A stretch of DNA of 64,000 nucleotides, taken from positions 182,652,001-182,716,000 of the forward strand of contig OX597814.1 in assembly GCA_951406725.2 (NCBI GenBank). Reading direction: 5' to 3'. A program made the position numbers and the translations under genes. The notes beneath the pieces are model-generated. The model was not told where the DNA came from, searched no databases, and saw nothing but the letters and a program-made list of their open reading frames with translations. This document shows, in pieces, positions 25,545 through 37,200 of this stretch. This DNA comes from Octopus vulgaris (taxonomy: Eukaryota). Position 1 is the first letter of the stretch. The number at the start of each line of letters is the position of its first letter.

Positions 25545-26040
25545 ATGCTTGGCCTCCACCCAGTGATGCCATCATAGTGCTGGCCGTCTTCCTTGCCATG
25601 CTGTCCTTAACAAGATCATAAAGCATGGCCTAGATGCCACAGGTTTCCCTTCCCAGCTTGAGCCAGTGGAGCTCGACTGAGGGGATGATAGAAGGCCGGA
25701 CGGTATGACAATTTTCCTGTTCCCTAGTGGTAGGTCCCTCATCTGGGATGCCACATGCTATGACACCTTTTTCAGCAGCAACTTGGTATTGTCAACTACC
25801 AGCCCAGGCTCTACTGCTCATCAGGCTGAGAAAAAAAAAAACTGTCAAGGTATCAGTCACTCTTCGACAGGTTTATAGTTGAGCCTGTGGCAGTTGAGAC
25901 CTCTGGTGTTCTTGGTCCCTAGACCATATCCTTGCTCACTGCAAATGCAAACCCCATGAGTCAGAGTGGCTGTTCCAGTACATCTCCCTTGCTATCCTCT
26001 AGGGCAATGCCTTTTCCATTTTGTTTACCGGTACCATGAG
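25545..26040 (+). mobile_element. CRE-like non-LTR retrotransposon, restriction-like endonuclease remnant
   Basis: Peptides RPDGMT..GRSLIWDATCYDTF, EPVAVETSGVLGP and LAIL*GNA; related fragments at about 35550-35935 (-) and 49680-49880 (-). Confidence 0.65.
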
Positions 26041-26613
26041 AAATGTTTCTATATTGTGAGAGGCAAGATTTTCTGTTAATCATAACACTTCTATTCAAAA
26101 CATTAGACTTCACACTTTCTCACTGAGTAATCTAACAGACATTATTGCAGTAGTATTTTAACTAAGAATCCTATTTAAAAAGCACCACTGCACAATGCTT
26201 CATAAATTATAATAAGACCATTTTATGATGTCCCAGTGAGATTACATCAATGTAATATTGATATCAGGGATTTAATAGGCAAGTAAGAAAACAAAGGAAT
26301 AAATATAGTGGGAAGGAGGAGTGTTAAACAATGCTAATGTTTGTAATAGTCTTTGTTACCATTTGTAAATGACAGCATCAAATCTCTGTGATTATCAACG
26401 TAATCTAGACATTTGAACATAGGAAGAGGAGATCATAATTACACAGTAATGGGTCTAACCTACTTCTGATTTAACAACAAAATGCAAGGAGTATTTAATA
26501 TGATTATGATCATTAAACTTGATGCGTTTTTTTTTTGTCTGAGATGAAAATATGGTGAATAAATACTTGAGTGAATGAAAACAAAAATTACATATATATA
26601 AAAGCATATGTAC

Positions 26614-26650
26614 CTGCATTCGAACTCTTGGAGTAATTCACTTCCCTCAG
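26614..26650 (-). CDS. Unassigned minus-strand gene, candidate 37-bp exon (EGSELLQEFEC)
   Basis: tttcttttaataAG acceptor, CAG|GTacat donor, open frame from phase 1 to phase 2. Confidence 0.35.
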
Positions 26651-26837
26651 CTTATTAAAAGAAACAACAAAAACAAAGAATAAACATCAATGAATTTTAA
26701 ATTTAGGCAACTAAAAAAAGAATGTTTAATTTCAAAATTGATTGATTCAATGTAATTTTTATCTTATTTTTCCCTGATAAAGGATCCATGTTATTGGTTT
26801 AGTGTATTCTATAGTTTTCAAATTCATTTGCTAATTC

Positions 26838-27305
26838 CATATTCTGAATGCCTTACTTCCCTGGGCATGGATACATTGAAACTCTGACATCAGGCTAGCT
26901 GACTTGGCAGACACCCATAAAATTATTAACCATCTTACTAACAATAACTCTGAGCACCTTTTCAAACTCCACCTGTCTAACACCCGTGGACATGTTTACA
27001 AAGTCAGAAAACAGCACAGCTCCCATGACTTTCGGAAACATTTTTTCATGCTAAGAGTTGCTGAAGCATGGAACAAACTGCCGGCATCAGTTGTTAGCTG
27101 TCGGAGCACTGCATCCTTCAAAACTTCCATGCTTTCTGAGATTCGCCAACACTACACCTGATTTTCTCCCCTCCATACACACGCAAGCATGTATCTGATT
27201 CATACACTGTTCACTTCCCAGACATTTGTACATTACTGCATATGCTTTATACGCACTTTTGACAAGTTGTGGTGCACCTGAGCACTGTATACAATAATTT
27301 CATTA
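26838..27305 (+). mobile_element. CR1-clade LINE 3' end
   Basis: RGHVYKVRKQH..DFRKHFF.LRVAEAWNKLP..VV..SFK plus 3' UTR; near-identical copies at about 52900-53453 and 60020-60403. Confidence 0.85.
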
Positions 27306-27977
27306 TCATATCTATAAAATGGAGGATGTGTGTGTACGTGATTGTAATTTATGCATGTCCACAAATTAGCATGCATGTCGCTCAAATTTTAGGAGGACAT
27401 TTTTCAACACCCTATCTGGGTTTTGTCAACTTGAGGCACCCGTGGGTAGCATAAATATCTATTTTCAGACATAGCTTTTTGATGGTGGCTAACAAAAAAA
27501 TAAGATAAAGAAAAGTGGAAGAAGGAGGTAGAGAGCTTCATGGGAAAGAGAAAGTGAAAGAGGGAGAGAGAGAGAGAGAGAGAGAGTAAGTTATGACGTT
27601 CATAAAAAATAAAATGTAAAATGTTTTGTTTTTTGTTTCTGAAAGACACTATATTTCATAATCATAGTATAATATACTTGAGTAAAAATCGTGCGAGTGT
27701 TAATCTACAAATTTAACAACATTTTTTCCTTTCATTTCTGTTTATGAACATGTATGCATTCACAAAACCTGCAATAGGTGTATGTATGTACATGTGTGTT
27801 CATGTCTGTTGCCCATATATATTTATATTATATATGTATAACATATATAATATAACTAATTTCAACGGATTTCGCCCAAACTTGACGTCTATATTACTAA
27901 GTTTGGTTTGAAATAAAGAACTTGATTAGCTTAATAATCGTAACTTAATCCTGGGCAAGGCCGGGTTATACTGCTAG
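27306..27977 (+). mobile_element. Non-autonomous Helitron
   Basis: 5' TC start, subterminal hairpin cctgggcaaggccggg and 3' CTAG, inserted between A and T. Confidence 0.7.
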
Positions 27978-28179
27978 TTATTAATATATTCTTTAGAATT
28001 ACAAAAATCCTTTTGTGAGAGCAAAACCAGAAGGAAAGAAAAGTACAATGTACTGTGGTATAACTAAGCCTTGTTACATTGAATATGCCATGCTTTCTTT
28101 CACTATTTCACCAGAACTCACTGTTTTCTACCTCAGTCCATAACTTGCCCTTTAAAGTAACATCTCGTCTCCCATTTGT

Positions 28180-29740
28180 ATGTGAGGATGTTAGGCTTAG
28201 ATCAATGATGTTCTAAATCTGTCATGGGTAAACCGTCACCTGTGGGACTCTTTGAATGGCATACATAATGAAACATTACCTTGAAGATTTTTAGTAGCGT
28301 GGCTCACTTGATGAGCTATGTCTCATGTGGCCTGCTTCTAAAAAAAAAAAGATTGCTCATGGCTGTTCTTAAATCTACTTTCTAACAACTTCAATAATTA
28401 CTGATTATGTTACGTTTAATTCCTTCATCTCATTATCTGATAAGTTATGTCTTAAATTATTATGATTACACAAGGACTTAAGTGATCCTCATATTTAAAG
28501 TAAAATATGAAAGGATGTCTTTAAAAGTCTCAGATATCACACAGACTGACTTTATAACTGCAATCACTCCTATTTTTATGGATCCTGTTTATATTAGAGG
28601 ATAGATAGTAAAATGCTTGAAATATTCTAAAATTTCATGTTATTTTAATCAGTCCACCAGTATAGGATATTAAAGTCCTTCTATAAATTATTGCATTCAT
28701 CGATATTCTTGAATGCTTTTGATATCTTCTTATTATCAGCATAGCTAGTGAGAGTAGCTGTTATAATAAAGTGAGTTGTTGCAAACAGTAATGACACCAA
28801 GACAGTTCCATGAATCATTCTACTCAAATTTGTGGATCTTTACCAACAGATTTAAAAAATAATTTTTTGTAACTAAACACTTTCAAACTTCGGACACTGG
28901 TAGAATGTGTCATATAAAGCATCTTTTACTCTTAGCATTTTTGAGAAAAACTTATAGTTACAAAGTTATTTCACGTTAAAGTTCTTGTATTTCGGTAATT
29001 TCGACCAATCAATGATGTGTATTCAGCTGAATAAAATTACTGCCGTTGTTTGTCAACAACAACTATCGGCGGTGTATTTTTCATTATTCACTGTTATTTA
29101 TGACATCGTTCATGCGTTTGTACTGGTTTTAGCTTTAAGGTTTTAGGGTTAGGATGTTAAGGTGTTAGGGTTAAGGTTTTAGGGTTAGGATGTTAAGGTG
29201 TTAGGATTAGGATGTTAAGGTTGTCATAAATAACAGTGACAAACGAAACATACACCACCAGAAGTTCTTGTTGACAAACAACAGCAGTAATTTTATTCAG
29301 CTGAATACACGTCATTCATTGGTTGAAATTACTGAAATAGGACAACTTTAACGTGAAATAACTTTGTAAATATAAGTTTTTCTCAAAAATGCTAAGAGTA
29401 AAAGATGTTTTATATGACACATTCTGCCAGTGTCCAAAGTTTGAAAGTGTTTAGTTACAAAGAATTATTTTTTAAATCTGTCAGTCAAAAGGTAAAGATC
29501 CAAATTTGTTGACTTTTGAAAGGATATCATTATCAACAACAATTTCACTTCTATTCCTTAAGATGTCAATTAACACTGTCCTAGTTTTCCAACAATGCCA
29601 AAATGACAATGTTTGCAACATGTCCAATGACTAACTTCGTTGGAAGTCTTTACAAATGTCAAGGTATATCACCTCAACATTTGACTGGTTGAGCCTTCTA
29701 GCTTCTATTTGGAGGGAAACTGTGCAAGGACTTACCAAAT
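28180..29740 (-). mobile_element. Old CR1/Jockey-like reverse transcriptase relic, split by a MITE
   Basis: Minus-strand remnants VIYLDICKDF, GIVGKLG, HGTVL..LLF, SYADNKK and NNMKF. Confidence 0.6.
28834..29501. mobile_element. Foldback MITE, Merlin-like (GG...CC ends, 8-bp TSD)
   Basis: Inverted arms of about 280 bp beginning ggatcttt; TSD aaatttgt at 28826-28833 and 29502-29509; centre made of ttaggg-like repeats. Confidence 0.88.
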
Positions 29741-30518
29741 AATCTTATCAGTTTCTCATGCATTATTTATTTCCTAATCATGCTGACAATTTTTTTAATA
29801 TATTCTATATTAGGCTTGGTGAAATAGGCCACGCACAGGTTCATTACACTTCTCACAGCAAGAATGAAATGGTATTACTTGCGCAATTCCATGTGGAATA
29901 AATACCTCACCACATAACACAGGATATTTATATTCCAAAGCACTAGATTTTTAGTTTTCTGATATATTTTGGTGAAAGATATACATATTCTTTAACAGAT
30001 TTCAGTTATTAGATTGCTGATGCAATGCCTTCAAGGGTTTAGGTGATTATATCAACACCAGTACTCATTTCAGTTAGGTAAATATTTTATCAACCTCTGT
30101 TTGTTGAATAACTATATTTACAGGAGATAAGGAGACAAACAACATTGGTTTTCAAACCAGTGTAAACATAAACACACACACACACACAGATTTATGCAAT
30201 TTCCATCTACGAAATTGCACAAGTTGTATTGGTTTGAGTAGAAGACATATGTCCAAGTACTGTGAAGGGAGTTATAACTAGGAAATCAAACCTCTTAGCC
30301 ACACAGTCATACAGGTACCAAATGTATCATCATCATATATATATTAGCTGAGGCACCTGGTATTGCCCAGGTGCTTAACATATAGAAACATGTCTTTATT
30401 ATTAAACTAAATGATTTAACTAATAGAAAGTTACTATTTAGTTCTTTTAGTATAAAATCCTTTTGACAATTAAAGCTATAGAATATCAATGTTTGTATGT
30501 ATATATATATACATACAC

Positions 30519-30556
<38 letters not shown>

Positions 30557-30672
30557 ACATTGATATTCTATAGTTTCTGTCTTCATATTCCATTTACAAA
30601 ATATTGGTTCACCTATAGTCAAACAGATGACACTTGCCCAAGGTGCTGCACAGTGGGACTAAACCATGTACA

Positions 30673-30795
30673 TATTCTGAGACCCCCTTTCTCTGGTCTT
30701 TTCATCATCCTGAAGTACTGTGTCTGATATCACAATGTTTTTTGATATATTTTCTTTCAAGAAATCATCACATCCAAGACTTAGTGCGAAAATGA
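30673..30795 (-). CDS. Unassigned minus-strand gene, candidate exon (FIFALSLGCDDFLKENISKNIVISDTVLQDDEKTRERGSQN)
   Basis: ttttgtAG acceptor in phase with the 55-bp exon; ends either at a weak GTacat donor or reads on to TAG at 30659 inside a SINE remnant. Confidence 0.45.
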
Positions 30796-31050
30796 CTACA
30801 AAACTTTTGATATACAAGTAAAACAACTGAATACTAAAATTTTCCATTGAAATGGAAATTAAAGTAAAATAGGAATTTTTAAAGAATTATCAGCACTAAA
30901 ATAATCTGTCATTTGAAATATATTTAAATGTTTGTAGGAAAGATTAAAAGACAACAATTTAATATTTAATGAAATAAAGGTATTGAATAAATTAGAAAAA
31001 ACTATATTTTTCAATTATTTCATGGTGATAAATGGTTTGGGATAACTTAC

Positions 31051-31105
31051 ATGGTAGAAAACCAGCATCTTCATCTGTTGGCTGACTTATAACAGATACT
31101 GATTG
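31051..31105 (-). CDS. Unassigned minus-strand gene, 55-bp exon (QSVSVISQPTDEDAGFLP)
   Basis: tttgtttcAG acceptor and GTAAGT donor; phase 0 in, phase 1 out; in frame with the previous exon. Confidence 0.65.
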
Positions 31106-31140
31106 CTGAAACAAATAGAAAAAAAATTCTATTAGGATTC

Positions 31141-31363
31141 TGTTGTGTGGACGCCCCCAGACGATGAAGTAGGCTATCCCAAGATGTAGATATAGAGGGA
31201 GAAGTCTAGACCGGGAGTTGAGTAAAGGTCATTGGAATGTGCGATATAACAGTGGCGACGAGGATTTCATAGCTCACACAGCCACTATGTAGTATTGCGA
31301 TATAAAAGTGGTGATGAGGATTTCGTAGCACACACAGCCACTGTGTAGTATTGCGATATAACA
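31141..31363 (+). mobile_element. Miniature LTR-retrotransposon derivative (TRIM or solo-LTR-like)
   Basis: TGTTGT...ATAACA termini, 5-bp TSD gattc, gypsy-type PBS-like tggcgacgagg at 31253-31263, 56-bp internal tandem unit. Confidence 0.75.
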
Positions 31364-31529
31364 GATTCTTATCTCATATGAAATACAATGTTCATATTTT
31401 GTTTAGAAAAATTTACTTCAATTATTTTTATAATTTCCAAGTCCATTATGAAACATTTCAAATTCATTACTTTGCTATGTTAGGCTTATGGTTGTATAAT
31501 AGTAAACTTCTAATATAGACTACTTTTCA

Positions 31530-31860
31530 TAAAGAGAGTATAGTGAAATTATCTGAATCTCTTTCAATGATAATGCTCAGGCTTATTCTTTTCAAAATCA
31601 GAGAAACATGAGCATTAAATGCTGTAGATGTAGGAAGCTGCAGCCTCATCAAATGTGTAATGACCATCAGATCCCTGTTGACATTCCACTTATAGCTGAC
31701 TTTTTAGGAATGAATGAGCAACCACCACTCATCTACATTATACTCATGAGCAAGAGTTGCCTGACTGAATTAACATCTTTACTCAGTAATGAAGATGGAT
31801 TTCTTTACACAGAAATCCATCTTCACAGGAGAACCATTTTTTGAATTCCTCTGGCAGCTG
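31530..31860 (-). pseudogene. Decayed DNA-transposase fragment, probably CMC/Chapaev-3-like
   Basis: Frameshifted peptides EEFKKWFSCEDG, KDVNSV, HEYNVDEWWLLIHS*KVS and YKWNVNRDLMVI..L resemble the EWRLFIDSSK...W.ICGDLKV..LLGLQ transposase family as recalled; family name not verified. Confidence 0.5.
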
Positions 31861-32040
31861 CAGAAAGCACAAATTTTAATATCACATTATAGTAGATTCC
31901 ATTCAATTAAATTTGAATCATTAAGCTATACTGGACTCTTGAACTTTTACATTGCTATATAAAATTAAACTAGTGAAGCTTGGATGTTAATATCCCTTTT
32001 ATGAGGTAACTGTGTACTCAAAATAGCTAATACATATATC

Positions 32041-32495
32041 ATCATCATTTAATGTCCGTTTTCTATGCTAACATGGGTTGGACGGTTTGACCGGTGTCTG
32101 GGAAGCCAAGAGGCTGCACCAGGCTCCAGTCTGATCTGGCAGTGTTTCTACAGCTGGATGCCCTTCCTAATGCCAACCACTCCATGAGTGTAGTGGGTGC
32201 TTTTTACATGCCACCGGCACAGGGTCCAGAGGAGGCTGGCAATGGCTACAATCGGTTGGTGCTTTTTACATGCCACAAGCACGGACACCAATCAAACCGG
32301 CGCTGGCATTGGCCACATTCAGATGGTGCTTTTTATGTGCCACCGGCATGGGTATCACAACTACAATTTCCATTTGATTTTTATTTTGATGTACTTGACT
32401 CAATAGGTCTCCTCAAGCACAGCAGGTCGCCCAATGATCCAAGGTAAGCACAGCAGGCCATCCTGCGAGCCATGAACTCACTTCATTTGTCGGGT
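32041..32495 (-). mobile_element. SINE family A
   Basis: Reverse complement of family A, with a catcat tail. Confidence 0.85.
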
Positions 32496-32792
32496 CGTTA
32501 TCATGCATACACACATTATCATTTACTTTTAACTCATACTTCAACGTACACATACTGACCATGCTTTAATAAAAATACTTTTCTGTGGAGTCAATGTTTA
32601 TTGTAAGAGCCCTTTATGAAATTTTAAGTTTTTCTTATCTTATACACAAAGTTATTATTACAACATATCAAAATTATTACAACATATCAGGTATACCTGA
32701 AGTCTGATATATTTTTAAGGAGTTAAACCCTTGATTGCTAATTTAACAAGAAGAAATGAATCTGTTAAAAATAATGAATGTAGGTGTAATAC

Positions 32793-32923
32793 CTGCTTTA
32801 AGTCATGGTTTATTGCTGCATTTATGATTTGTTTCACATGAATTTTCTGTTCATTAAACATGAGTGAAAGCGCTCTATAGAGAGTGCTAACTTCTTTGTT
32901 GAGTTTTTCATTAAAATATTTAC
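32793..32923 (-). CDS. Unassigned minus-strand gene, 131-bp exon (GKYFNEKLNKEVSTLYRALSLMFNEQKIHVKQIINAAINHDLKQ)
   Basis: tttgtttcAG acceptor and CAG|GTatta donor; phase 1 in, phase 0 out; in frame on both sides. Confidence 0.7.
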
Positions 32924-34131
32924 CTGAAACAAAATATTTCACATGAGAGAAAAAGTATACTTTGCTTTCAAGTCAACAATATATTAATCATCAACAGCAA
33001 TATAAACATTATTTTAATATTCATAATTCTCTTAAGCTGGCAGAATCTAAATGCTGAGTAAAATGCTTAGTGGTAGTTCATCCTTCTTTACATTCTCATT
33101 TCAAATTCCACTGAGGTCGACTTTGCCTTTTATCTTTTCAGGGTCAATAAAGTTAGTACCATTTGAATACTGGGGATGATGTAATTGACTTATCATCTCT
33201 CCCCAAAATTTCTGGCCTTGTGCCAAAATTTGAAACCAATATTCATCGTTCTCCATGCTTGGGTTTGATAAGTCTGTAATATTGCATTGCTTCTTTCCTT
33301 TTGATCATCTCATGTAGATTAATCTAATTATTCATCTCACATCTTTCTTTGTCTGTTTTTCCCATCTACTTGCAGTAACGTTTTATCCAATATGCTTCAT
33401 TCTCATTAAATTAGACATTACTAAATGTATCTGATTTCCAACACCTTCCTCAACCACCTTGTAATGTATCTTTCTCATAAATTCATACACTGAATTAGCA
33501 CTTATATGCTAATTCAGTGAACCTGGTAGTTCAGAACAATTGAACACTCATGGTCAGAAATTCTGATCGAGATCAATTATTTTTATTGGCTGAATTATTC
33601 TAGCTTCACTTCAGAACTATTTCAGCATTTTTTTCCCCATTTTGCATAAATGGCTTATTAAAGCTAATATATTAAATAGATTTAATTTCTGTCTTAATCA
33701 ACATTGTTGTGGCCTTCATTATCTTTCGCTACTTATTCAAGTTCTGATATTTGAAATTTTATTGATGATGGAATTTTAGTGCCATGAATATTATAAACAT
33801 TATCATCATATGAGCAAACTCATAAAGAAAGGCATTCCATTCATGACCATTCTGTCCGTTTAAGGTTATCTACAACCACATTATCCAATATGCCTTTTCC
33901 TTATCTAAAATGGTTAGGTGTAATTTTAAGGACATTTGGCTGCGATTGCTTGGAGGGCAAATGACCATTATTTTATATTCTGAGGAATAGAAAGAAACAA
34001 AACTCAACTGTACAACGACATATATTTGACTAGTACTATATTCTTACTGGTTACTATTATCATTAAAATAGTTTATTTATATTTGTTTGAGTTCGTAAAG
34101 CTGTTAAAATATATTTAAAACAAAAGCTCAC

Positions 34132-34457
34132 CAAAATTATGAAGAAGCTTATCTGTCTCATCTTCTTCAGGTTCCAAAGGTGACGGTGAATGAGGAAAAT
34201 AATGAGTGTCAACAGAGCCTTCACAAATACCAGCTTCTGAGAATGAAAAGGCACTGTCGAAATTCGAGTGAGGGGTCTCTAAATGACTATAAATTGAAGA
34301 TGAAGAGACTTCATGATATACAGACTGGATGAAATCTGACTGGTCATCATACATGGCTGCTTCAAATTTTTCTAAAAGACGAAAAGCAGCATTTGAAGAC
34401 CACGTTAACATTATTACGGTGTTTGAAAACCAAATACAATCAAAATACGTAATGCAG
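34132..34457 (-). CDS. Unassigned minus-strand gene, 326-bp exon (...MLTWSSNAAFRLLEKFEAAMYDDQ...EPEEDETDKLLHNF)
   Basis: catttttcAG acceptor and G|GTGAGc donor; open acidic, Ser-rich frame; start codon may be internal or on a short upstream exon. Confidence 0.7.
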
Positions 34458-34470
34458 CTGAAAAATGTGA

Positions 34471-34883
34471 GGATCTTTTCGGTTTGAACAGCAGTTTTTT
34501 CTAGTGGTGTCATATGAAATTGTCAACCATAATTATGACCCTAGTATCGATCTATTGCATTTCAATCTGTTTTAGGGTTAGGGGTGGAGGGAAGGGTATC
34601 TTTTTTACTTTGCAAATGTAAATAAACCCAATCTGTTTCTTAAACGAAGGACACATTCATACGGCACAGAATGTTTTTTTTACCTCAATGGACGTCATTG
34701 ATTGGTTGAAATTGCAGAAATTGAAGACAAAAAACAACAAATATCTCACAAACTATAGAATTTTCTCAATAAAGCCAAGAGAAAAAGATGTTTTATAAAC
34801 ACATTCTACCAGTATACGAATTAAAAAATATTTTAGTTACCTAGAAATTATGTTAAAAACTGCCATTCAAACCGAAAAGATCC
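34471..34883. mobile_element. Merlin-like MITE (ggatcttttcggtttgaa TIR)
   Basis: TIR at both ends; degenerate 8-bp TSD aaatgtga / aaaagtga; internal ttagggttagggg; related to 28834-29501, and a half copy lies at about 49335-49435. Confidence 0.8.
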
Positions 34884-34973
34884 AAAAGTGAATCCAAAAA
34901 AAAAATTCGCTCCTCCATCCCCACCAAAAAAGCACATAAAAAGTAAAGGCAAAATAATGCAGAGAATATATAC

Positions 34974-35008
34974 GTCTTCATTTTTCGCAATGATAATCTT
35001 GTAGACAT
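34974..35008 (-). CDS. Unassigned minus-strand gene, candidate first coding exon (MSTRLSLRKMK)
   Basis: ATG at 35008 and a weak GTatat donor; phase 2 joins in frame to the 34457 acceptor. Confidence 0.3.
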
Positions 35009-36403
35009 AATTAATTAGCAAGGTAATACCAATGGCAATTAGTTCAACATGATAATCATATTTTTGTTATTTTCTTTCTGTAGCAGGCCCGACTTTCGAC
35101 AGCAAAAAAAAGTCATACAGCGAGGTATTTGCGGACGAGGAAAAATGATGCGTCACATCTGATTTTTTGTTCAATATTATCAACTTTTTTCTCGCTATGT
35201 ATAATTTAGTTTGGGCCAAATTTGACGTCTCCAAGATAGTTGACAATTTTGTCAGTGAAAAGCATGACCGTTACACAATTTTTTAAAGATAAAATCTTTT
35301 ATTTTCATTTTATAACATAGGTTAAAACGCCTAACCATAACATATAAACGTGTACATCTTTTAGAACATTGTCGTTTTATAAGATTTTGCTGGCAAATTT
35401 CAAAATTAACATAAACATTTATTTACATGAAAGAAAATTACTGGAGAACTTCCATCTAATTCTTCCAAATCTTTCTGTTAAAACTATATTGAAACTATTT
35501 GTGAGGACTTTTCTTTTTATCACAGCAACTGGCCAGACACTACAATGTTTAATGGAGCCTACTGAAGCAAGCAAGCACGCTCGCAGCATTACCTCGATGG
35601 CAAGGCTTAAGACGTTGGGAAAGCCAAGCGCCCTTACGGGCATCACCTGACACCTCGGTGAGGCGAGCTGCCAAAGTCGACAAGAGCTTCGTTGTTAGTG
35701 GCCCTGTTACCCCGAAAATCTCAAACGCCACAAGTTGGAAGAGATAGTTCAGTCAGGTCCCAATACTTCAGGGTTTTCTTTCGTTTGGCTACGAAAGCAG
35801 TGACCCTCCCATGAACTGCAGCATCCAGGGTGTGGGGAGGATGCAAAGGAGTCGCAGACTGTGGCGTCCCAAATGAGGCACCTGTCTCTAACCCAGGGAC
35901 AGAGGGTAAGGCCATCTGGTCACACAATTTGATTGTCTATTGAGTTTTGTCAGGAGTGTTCCACCATAAGCGGAGTTTTTGCGCGAGTGGACACATTTTA
36001 TAACTCGGAAAGGAAAAAAAAAATGTTCACAAGGTTTTCAACATGAAGTCATTTTTTTAATTGCAGAAATCTGGATGCGCACAAACTTTACACAAACAGA
36101 ATTTGCACATAGTACAAATTTCTGCGTTTGCCCACAGCAAAATATGAGGGAATACTGCTTGAAAGATAAACAAAAAGACAGTTGTAAAAACAACTATTTA
36201 GACCGAACATTTTGGTAGAAAATGAAATGGTAAATTACAACACAAAACTAGAACCTTGAATGTAATGGTGAGATAAAAGGCATCCACGTCAAATAAAATT
36301 TGCTTGGTAACAAAACGTCGGTCAAAAATAAAGCATATTCATTATTTCTTAATCATAGTTTCTGAGACTATTTCGTTAATTTTTTCTTTTCAAATCAACC
36401 TCA

Positions 36404-36830
36404 GGCGATCTTTCGTCTCTAGTAGACCTTTCCGTCGATTTCCGTAAAAATTTTTTTTATTTTTACATATGGGCTTGCGGGAACTTTTGAAGTAATATAC
36501 ATACATATACACATATACCGAGTAAAAAATTTCAGTTATCTCTTTCTTTCACACATTACTCTGTCTCTTCACACACACTAACAGAAGCACTTCACTTACA
36601 CAACATACTGTCTGTCTCCCACACCCCATCAAACACACACACACACATGTACATCAATGCTTCCCCTGGACGGTAACTTCAAAAGAACTTCCCTCGTCAT
36701 ACAATCGCTTTCTCTTAGTCTCTTTCGCTCTCATTACTTCAAAAGTTCCCGCAAGCCCATATGTAAAAAAAAAAAAAAAAATTTTTTTACGGAAATCGAC
36801 GGAAAGGTCTACTAGAGACGAAAAATTGCC
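36404..36830. mobile_element. Merlin-like MITE, second family, copy 1
   Basis: TIRs of about 90 bp ggcgatctttcgtctctagtagacc...; perfect 8-bp TSD caacctca. Confidence 0.92.
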
Positions 36831-37200
36831 CAACCTCATTTTCTTTATTCCCCATTTTCATACAGGTCATATTAATTGTTAGAAATCAATAATTAGTTGA
36901 TAGTTATTTTGTTTTCTTGTATGCGCAGTAAACAGAATGTGTTTACAGATATAATGCTTAGATATTTTATTTCAAACCTGCAAACCGAATGTGTTTATAG
37001 ACATAATGCCTACAGGTTTCACATCTGTAAACAGAAAAGTGTATTTAGATATAACGCCTACATATTTTAAATCTATAAACAGATATATAAAGCCTTCATT
37101 TTTTATTTTAAATCTATAAACAGAAGGTTGTTTTGATATAAACCTACATATTTTAAATCTATAAACAGATAAATGTTCATAGAAACACCTACATGTTTTA

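Noticed and set aside
31241-31363. 56-bp periodic repeat as a CRISPR-like array
   Set aside because: The spacers are near-identical, so it is a tandem repeat inside an LTR-derived element.
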